From the NCBI GenBank assembly GCA_016840065.1, contig JAEOTB010000045.1:1-12708 (forward strand): a stretch of 12,708 bases of DNA, written 5' to 3'. The translations under genes and the position numbers were made by a program. This stretch comes from Candidatus Hermodarchaeota archaeon (GTDB lineage: Archaea; Asgardarchaeota; Hermodarchaeia; Hermodarchaeales; Hermodarchaeaceae). Shown here piece by piece: positions 8,454 through 12,708 of this stretch (position 1 is the stretch's first letter; each line of letters opens with the position of its first letter). The notes below the pieces were generated by a model. That model had not been told where the DNA came from and made no database searches. It was given only the letters and a program-made list of their open reading frames with translations.

Positions 8454-9089
8454 ATGACAGATGAAAAAGTACTGAAGCTGCCCACACCACGTCACAAGGG
8501 TCCTATGTCCCTCGAAGCCGCCATCAAAACCAGGAAGACTACTCGAGAACTTTCATCAAAGAGTCTGTCCCTATTCCAGGTTTCACAGCTCCTCTGGGCC
8601 CTCCAAGGTGTCACCCAGATTGAAGAGCCATCCGATGGCAAGTCCCTCCACTACAGGACTGCTCCTTCTTCAGGGCGTGCTTTCCCACTTGAGGTCTACA
8701 CACTCCTCTCTTCAGGTCTTTATCATTTCAAGCCCTTCGAACACGAGCTGTACCTTCTCAGCGGTGAGGACCTCCGGAAGCCACTTTCAGAAGCCGCTTA
8801 CGCAGACTTTAACCAAGAAGCTATCCAAACCTCTCCGCTAACCATTGTACTAACCGTTGATAACAAGGCAGCACTAAAGATGACCCCACTGCTAGAAGAT
8901 GTTATTCGCTATGTCCATCTAGAAGCGGGTCATGCCACGCAAAACCTGGCTCTACAAGCTGCTTCCCTTGGATTAGGACTGACTATAATCACCAGCTTCA
9001 AGATAGGAAAGGTCTATCCCGCCCTTAAACTCCCCCTAAAACATAGGCCAATCTATTTGCTCCCAATAGGTTATCCCCCAGAAGATTGA
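8454..9089 (+). CDS. SagB/ThcOx-family nitroreductase (FMN-dependent dehydrogenase)
   Basis: Contains LP.P.....MSLE.AI..R.T.R, LSL.QVSQLLWA.QG, RTAPSSG.AFPLEVY, EAGHATQNLALQA.SLGLG and PIYLLPIGYP. ATG 8454 has GGAG upstream. Confidence 0.92.
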   Translation: MTDEKVLKLPTPRHKGPMSLEAAIKTRKTTRELSSKSLSLFQVSQLLWALQGVTQIEEPSDGKSLHYRTAPSSGRAFPLEVYTLLSSGLYHFKPFEHELYLLSGEDLRKPLSEAAYADFNQEAIQTSPLTIVLTVDNKAALKMTPLLEDVIRYVHLEAGHATQNLALQAASLGLGLTIITSFKIGKVYPALKLPLKHRPIYLLPIGYPPED

Positions 9090-9118
9090 AGAGCGAATAT
9101 CGTTCCCTAGAATTGAGG

Positions 9119-10195
9119 TCAGCTTCCAGTCTGGGAACTAAAGAGGGTGCTGAACTGCATTAATACCTGCAAATCACCCTCGAACTTGAAATCACCTTGA
9201 ATAAAAGCTTGGGCCCCATCTATTCGCCCCTCACTTATTGCCACCCATGTTTTTGCGGGTCCCTCTAAAAGCAGGGTGGGTTTAGAAACAGACCCTTCTT
9301 TTCCTTGGCATTTCTGTTCGCGGATCGTGAAATACCAGTGGAGTGTTTCAGGACCTGAATGTAGTACCAGCTGAATGGTGGCATCCAAGCCCTGGGCTGC
9401 TGATGGGTCGAATGCTTGGGGTATCGCCCCCAACAAGGAACGTAGCTTTACAAAGGTTTGTTCGTCATCCTCAGATGGTGCAGCAGCTGTGGTTGAGGGC
9501 TGTGGTTCTTCCTCCACTTGGGGAATGGTTAGCCATCCCTGTTCCTTCCAGTATTCGTAGTCTGCTTTGAAGAACTTGCGATACTTATAGATGAGATCAC
9601 GGAAGAAAGCATGAGCCCGGCGCTGTTCACCGGTCTCTGGATATTCGTGTTGTTCGCGAATAGCTGTGACCAGTTGGCGTCCAAGGCGACGGGCATAAGC
9701 GACGACAACATCCTGTTGCTCAAGGAGGCCTGGAGCTGCAGCTATACCACAAACCGTTCCCACAGGTGCGACACCGAAGGCGACGAGTACTCCGAGAAGA
9801 TAGTCGGCAGTGGGAACATCCATGAAACCTGCAGAGACAGCCACGGATATACCATACTTACCATGAAAGCTAGGTCGATGCCCGAGGGGGAGGCAACGAT
9901 CAAGGAAGACTTTCATCTGACCAGTTACAGTGCCAAGATAGACTGGAGAGGCTAGAATTATGCCATCAGCCTCCCGCATTTTATCATGAATTGCTGATAC
10001 ATCATCTTTCTGGTTGCATGCGCCCTTTGTAAGGCAATTGGCGCAGCCAACGCAGTACTTGATTTTCTGTTTAGAAAGAACAATCGTTTCGATTTCCACA
10101 CCCTTTCCTGTGCAGCCAGCAAGCACTTCGGAGAGTACCCCATTGGTTGCCCCTCGAAGACCATGAGGGGACCCGAGAATCGCGAGTATCTTCAT
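9119..10195 (-). CDS. Iron-sulfur flavoprotein / NADPH-dependent FMN reductase (multimeric flavodoxin) fused to a C-terminal SCP2 sterol/lipid-binding domain
   Basis: The N-terminal domain has MKILAILGSP, CVGCANCLTKGAC (Cx2Cx2Cx5C) and ADGIILASPVY..VTGQMKVFLDR. An acidic Pro/Ala linker leads to SCP2 hallmarks: F.PSAAQGLDATIQL, W..I..G.IDGAQAFIQG.FKFEGDL..LM.F. Confidence 0.9.
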   Translation of the reverse strand: MKILAILGSPHGLRGATNGVLSEVLAGCTGKGVEIETIVLSKQKIKYCVGCANCLTKGACNQKDDVSAIHDKMREADGIILASPVYLGTVTGQMKVFLDRCLPLGHRPSFHGKYGISVAVSAGFMDVPTADYLLGVLVAFGVAPVGTVCGIAAAPGLLEQQDVVVAYARRLGRQLVTAIREQHEYPETGEQRRAHAFFRDLIYKYRKFFKADYEYWKEQGWLTIPQVEEEPQPSTTAAAPSEDDEQTFVKLRSLLGAIPQAFDPSAAQGLDATIQLVLHSGPETLHWYFTIREQKCQGKEGSVSKPTLLLEGPAKTWVAISEGRIDGAQAFIQGDFKFEGDLQVLMQFSTLFSSQTGS

Positions 10196-10241
10196 TAATC
10201 CATTTCAACTCCAAGTCAGCGTTGGAACGAGCAATCGTAGA

Positions 10242-10255
10242 TTATAAGGTTTTTT
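10242..10255 (-). promoter_or_regulatory. Putative archaeal BRE/TATA box for the flavoprotein-SCP2 gene
   Basis: The minus strand reads AAAAAACC-TTATAA about 47 nt upstream of the ATG at 10195. Confidence 0.55.
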
Positions 10256-10401
10256 GCTTCACCGAAGTGAGATTTAATCGCGTTGAGAATTTCTTTTGAT
10301 TTGGATACCCCCCCGATATCTAGAAATATGTAATAAGCGTCAGGAATATATACTAATCAGCTCTGCTGAGTGATAGCTTTAGAAATATTGGAAGGAACAT
10401 C

Positions 10402-10875
10402 ATGTCTGACAGGTTTCTAAACCAAAAGGTCCTCATATACGATCCCCGCAAATGCTCGGGATGCGAATACTGTGCAGTGGTCTGTTCCTTTCACCACTAC
10501 GGCAAAATTGACATCGCACAGTCCTTCGTACAGGTTTTTCGCGATGAATCAAAGCCTGTTGCTTTCATAAGCGCAATTTGTACCCACTGTGAGTACCCTC
10601 TATGCGAAGCAGCGTGTCCCACTGAACCCAAGGCAATCACAAAGGACCCTGAGACCGGACTCGTACTCCTTGACACACTAAGATGTATCGGGTGTAAATC
10701 CTGTAGATTCGCCTGCCCTATCTCAATCCCCCATTACGATGAGGACCGAGGGACCAGTAGCAAATGCGACTTTTGCGACGGAGATCCCCTGTGCGCAAAA
10801 TACTGCAGCACAGGTGCGATAAGGGTAGTTCCGAGAAAAGAGGCAAAGCAATTCATGGAGGAGATAACCAAATGA
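10402..10875 (+). CDS. 4x[4Fe-4S] ferredoxin-like electron-transfer subunit (CooF/HycB/DmsB-like)
   Basis: Has four Cys groups: CSGCEYCAVVC, CTHCEYPLCEAACP, CIGCKSCRFACP and CDFCDGDPLCAKYC. GGAAGG lies upstream of the ATG. Confidence 0.92.
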   Translation: MSDRFLNQKVLIYDPRKCSGCEYCAVVCSFHHYGKIDIAQSFVQVFRDESKPVAFISAICTHCEYPLCEAACPTEPKAITKDPETGLVLLDTLRCIGCKSCRFACPISIPHYDEDRGTSSKCDFCDGDPLCAKYCSTGAIRVVPRKEAKQFMEEITK

Positions 10876-11150
10876 GTGAAGATGAAGAGCGACTCTATCC
10901 TTGGAGAAAAGCCGTAAAAACCCTACCTGACACGGTTAAAATCCAGGTAGTCAATCTAATCAAAATGGGTCACGTTCCACAACTTTCCGGCTCCCGAGAG
11001 GACGCTAGGGAAAAGCTTGGGATAGACCGGGCTCCCCCTACCGCTTACAAGGATAAATCCGCACTTTTAGAACTTCAACAACTCATCAAAGAGTCAGGTC
11101 TTGATGAGAAGATAGCCTGGAATTGGAGGAAGGGAAAACCAGACTACTAA
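10872..11150 (+). CDS. 92-aa protein resembling the C-terminal (non-Fe-S) region of heterodisulfide reductase subunit C
   Basis: ATG 10872 overlaps the upstream stop (ATGA) and follows a GGAGGAG SD. The sequence KMGHVP......AREKLGIDRAPPTAYK...ALLELQQLIKESGLDEKIAWNW matches the recalled methanogen HdrC C-terminal pattern (GH.VP...R..LGL...PPT.....ALEEVQKII...GFD..I.Y.W). It has no cysteines and sits directly before hdrB. Confidence 0.7.
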   Translation: MSEDEERLYPWRKAVKTLPDTVKIQVVNLIKMGHVPQLSGSREDAREKLGIDRAPPTAYKDKSALLELQQLIKESGLDEKIAWNWRKGKPDY

Positions 11151-11162
11151 GGAGAGTTAGCC

Positions 11163-12029
11163 ATGGCAAAGACTTACGCGTTATTCCTTGGGTGCTTCAT
11201 TCCAGCTGTCCAGCCCTTCGCAGAGGTTTCACTCCGGAAGGTGGCCTCCAAACTAAGAATCAAACTCGAAGACATACAGGGTGCAACCTGTTGTCCAGTT
11301 CCTGAAATCATCCGTTTATCCGATTACCCCGCCTGGTGTTCAATTGCAGCCAGAAACCTCACCTTGGCTGAAGACATGAATAAGGATACTATGGTGGTCT
11401 GCACCGGATGCTGGGAAACCCTGTCAGAAGCCCACGAGGCCCTGCTCCATGACCCAGAACTCCTTGAAGAGGTCAACACCAAACTAGGGGCCGTAGACAG
11501 GGAATTCACTGGTAAAAGCAAGGTCGTCCACTTGCTTGAGGTCCTCGTTGAGAAAGTCGGTGTAGAGAAAATCCAGAAAGCTGTGAAGCGCCCCCTGACT
11601 GGGCTCAAAGTCGCGGTCCAGTATGGATGCAAGTACTACCGTACAGAAGATGAGAAATTCGTCAAACATTTCGATGAAGTCCTCAAAGCTATTGGTGCAA
11701 CCATCGTAGAGTATGGGGCTGAACGAGTCTGCTGTGGATACCCCAAGAGTCTCGACTCCCTTGATGAAGCCATCGAAGAGCGGACCAAATGGAAGTTTGA
11801 GAAAATCAAGGAATCCCAAGCCGATTGCCTAGTAACCTGCTGCCCTGGTTGCTATGATATGATGGAGAAATCCCAATTCCTACTCCGAAGACAGAAGCTC
11901 CGTTACAATATTTGCCAGGTCCATCTTGTCGAGTTGATTGCCCTAGCCTTCGGGTTTTCGCCCCAAGAAATCGGACTGGACACCCACCGCATAAAATGTG
12001 ATGCATTGATCCAGAAACTTAGTAGGTGA
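11163..12029 (+). CDS. hdrB: Heterodisulfide reductase subunit B family protein (two CCG domains)
   Basis: YALFLGC, ATCCP, AARNL.LAE, VCTGC..TL, KRPLTGLKVAVQYGC, VCCG, CPGC and LIALAFG give two Cx31-39CCx35-36CxxC-type motifs. Confidence 0.9.
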   Translation: MAKTYALFLGCFIPAVQPFAEVSLRKVASKLRIKLEDIQGATCCPVPEIIRLSDYPAWCSIAARNLTLAEDMNKDTMVVCTGCWETLSEAHEALLHDPELLEEVNTKLGAVDREFTGKSKVVHLLEVLVEKVGVEKIQKAVKRPLTGLKVAVQYGCKYYRTEDEKFVKHFDEVLKAIGATIVEYGAERVCCGYPKSLDSLDEAIEERTKWKFEKIKESQADCLVTCCPGCYDMMEKSQFLLRRQKLRYNICQVHLVELIALAFGFSPQEIGLDTHRIKCDALIQKLSR

Positions 12030-12035
12030 GAGAAG

Positions 12036-12467
12036 ATGACGTTAATGGACAAACTACGAGACAAGATGAAAGCGCTACTAAAAGACGACTATCTTGGTGA
12101 AACAAAAGACAAATACAGCCGCTACTACATACGCATCCCCTCCAATCGAAACCGTGACATCACCCAACTATTATCAGACGAACTAGACGGAAGGCTAGTC
12201 GGGATTTCAGCTACTGATGAGGGGACAAGCGGTTTTGACGTGGTCTACCATTTTGATTTCACACACCAAGAGCGCAAACTCAACATCGTAGTCAAGATGA
12301 GGATTCCTCGAAACAAACCCGAGATTGCCTCGGTGGCAGATATCGCCTGGTCAGTCAACTGGGCAGAGCGGGAACTAATGGACTTGATGGGTATCAAGTT
12401 CCCCGGACACCCCGATCCGCGAAAGCTCTTCCTACCCTATGCGTGGCCAGAAGAGGAGGTGGCCTAA
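12036..12467 (+). CDS. NuoC/MbhK/EchD-like (complex I 30 kDa) subunit of a group 4 hydrogenase/complex I-like complex
   Basis: Shows L.GISATD.G..FDVVYHF, SVADI.WSVNWAERELMDLMGIKFPGHPDPRKLFLP..WP. An AGGTGA SD overlaps the hdrB stop. Confidence 0.9.
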   Translation: MTLMDKLRDKMKALLKDDYLGETKDKYSRYYIRIPSNRNRDITQLLSDELDGRLVGISATDEGTSGFDVVYHFDFTHQERKLNIVVKMRIPRNKPEIASVADIAWSVNWAERELMDLMGIKFPGHPDPRKLFLPYAWPEEEVA

Positions 12468-12708
12468 ATGGGCAAACCAAAGGAAAAAGTAAAGACAATC
12501 CCACTCAAAGTCGATAAAGGCACAGGATCAGATTTCATTGTCCCCATCGGACCCTTTCATCCAGCCCTCCTTGAAGGCGAATTCTTCAAACTCAAAGTTG
12601 ATGGTGAGCGCGTCCTTGAGGCTGATGTTAAGCTGGGTTACAACTACCGAGGTATTATGAAGCTCGCTGAGAGTCGTACCTACTGGCAGGATATCTACCT
12701 CGTCGAAA
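12468..12708 (+). CDS. N-terminus of a group 4 [NiFe]-hydrogenase large subunit / NuoD-like subunit (3'-truncated by the window edge; missing from the ORF track)
   Basis: Manual translation gives MGKPKEKVKTIPLKVDKGTGSDFIVPIGPFHPALLEGEFFKLKVDGERVLEADVKLGYNYRGIMKLAESRTYWQDIYLVE..., with the family motifs GP.HP.L.E, DGE.V and GY..RG..K. The ATG directly follows the upstream TAA, with a GGAGGTG SD at 12455-12461. Confidence 0.9.
   Translation, partial: MGKPKEKVKTIPLKVDKGTGSDFIVPIGPFHPALLEGEFFKLKVDGERVLEADVKLGYNYRGIMKLAESRTYWQDIYLVE

Noticed and set aside
3726-9089. Possible RiPP cluster (SagB-type dehydrogenase, C39 peptidase, methyltransferase)
   Set aside because: The genes are scattered on alternating strands, with no YcaO, transporter or Cys/Ser/Thr-rich precursor. 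Stand-alone SagB-type nitroreductases are common in archaea.
10764-10871. N-terminal extension of the 10764..11150 ORF
   Set aside because: It overlaps the ferredoxin-like gene out of frame. ATG 10872 has a strong SD and an ATGA overlap, so it is the better start.
241-12006. Numerous short alternative-frame or antisense ORFs in the track (e.g. 790..1020, 918..1109, 1555..1779, 4629..4946, 5589..5897, 5923..6510, 9611..9955, 11324..11819)
   Set aside because: They overlap well-supported genes or lack recognisable motifs and start signals, and are treated as shadow ORFs.

Overview
Archaeal-looking, gene-dense chromosomal segment. The signals are BRE/TATA-like promoters, GGAGGTG/AGGTGA Shine-Dalgarno sites and HdrB/HdrC homologues; an Asgard- or Bathyarchaeia-like host is a guess. 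Positions 1-10.2 kb hold mostly unlinked genes: a 5'-truncated M3-like gluzincin peptidase, MsrA, a C45 Ntn-hydrolase, a small stand-alone GIY-YIG-like protein, a UbiE-like methyltransferase, a membrane-anchored C39-like peptidase, a HEAT-repeat protein, a YbcI-like membrane hydrolase with an unknown C-terminal domain, a decayed repeat-protein pseudogene, a SagB-type nitroreductase and an iron-sulfur flavoprotein-SCP2 fusion. The main signal is a tightly coupled operon starting at 10402 and running off the right edge. It encodes a 4x[4Fe-4S] ferredoxin-like protein, a cysteine-free 'mini-HdrC' (C-terminal part only), an HdrB with all cluster cysteines but altered neighbouring residues, a NuoC/MbhK-like subunit and the N-terminus of a group 4 [NiFe]-hydrogenase/NuoD-like large subunit. 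Together these suggest a complex I-like energy-converting module wired to a rearranged heterodisulfide reductase. All family calls come from motif recognition by eye; no database searches were run.
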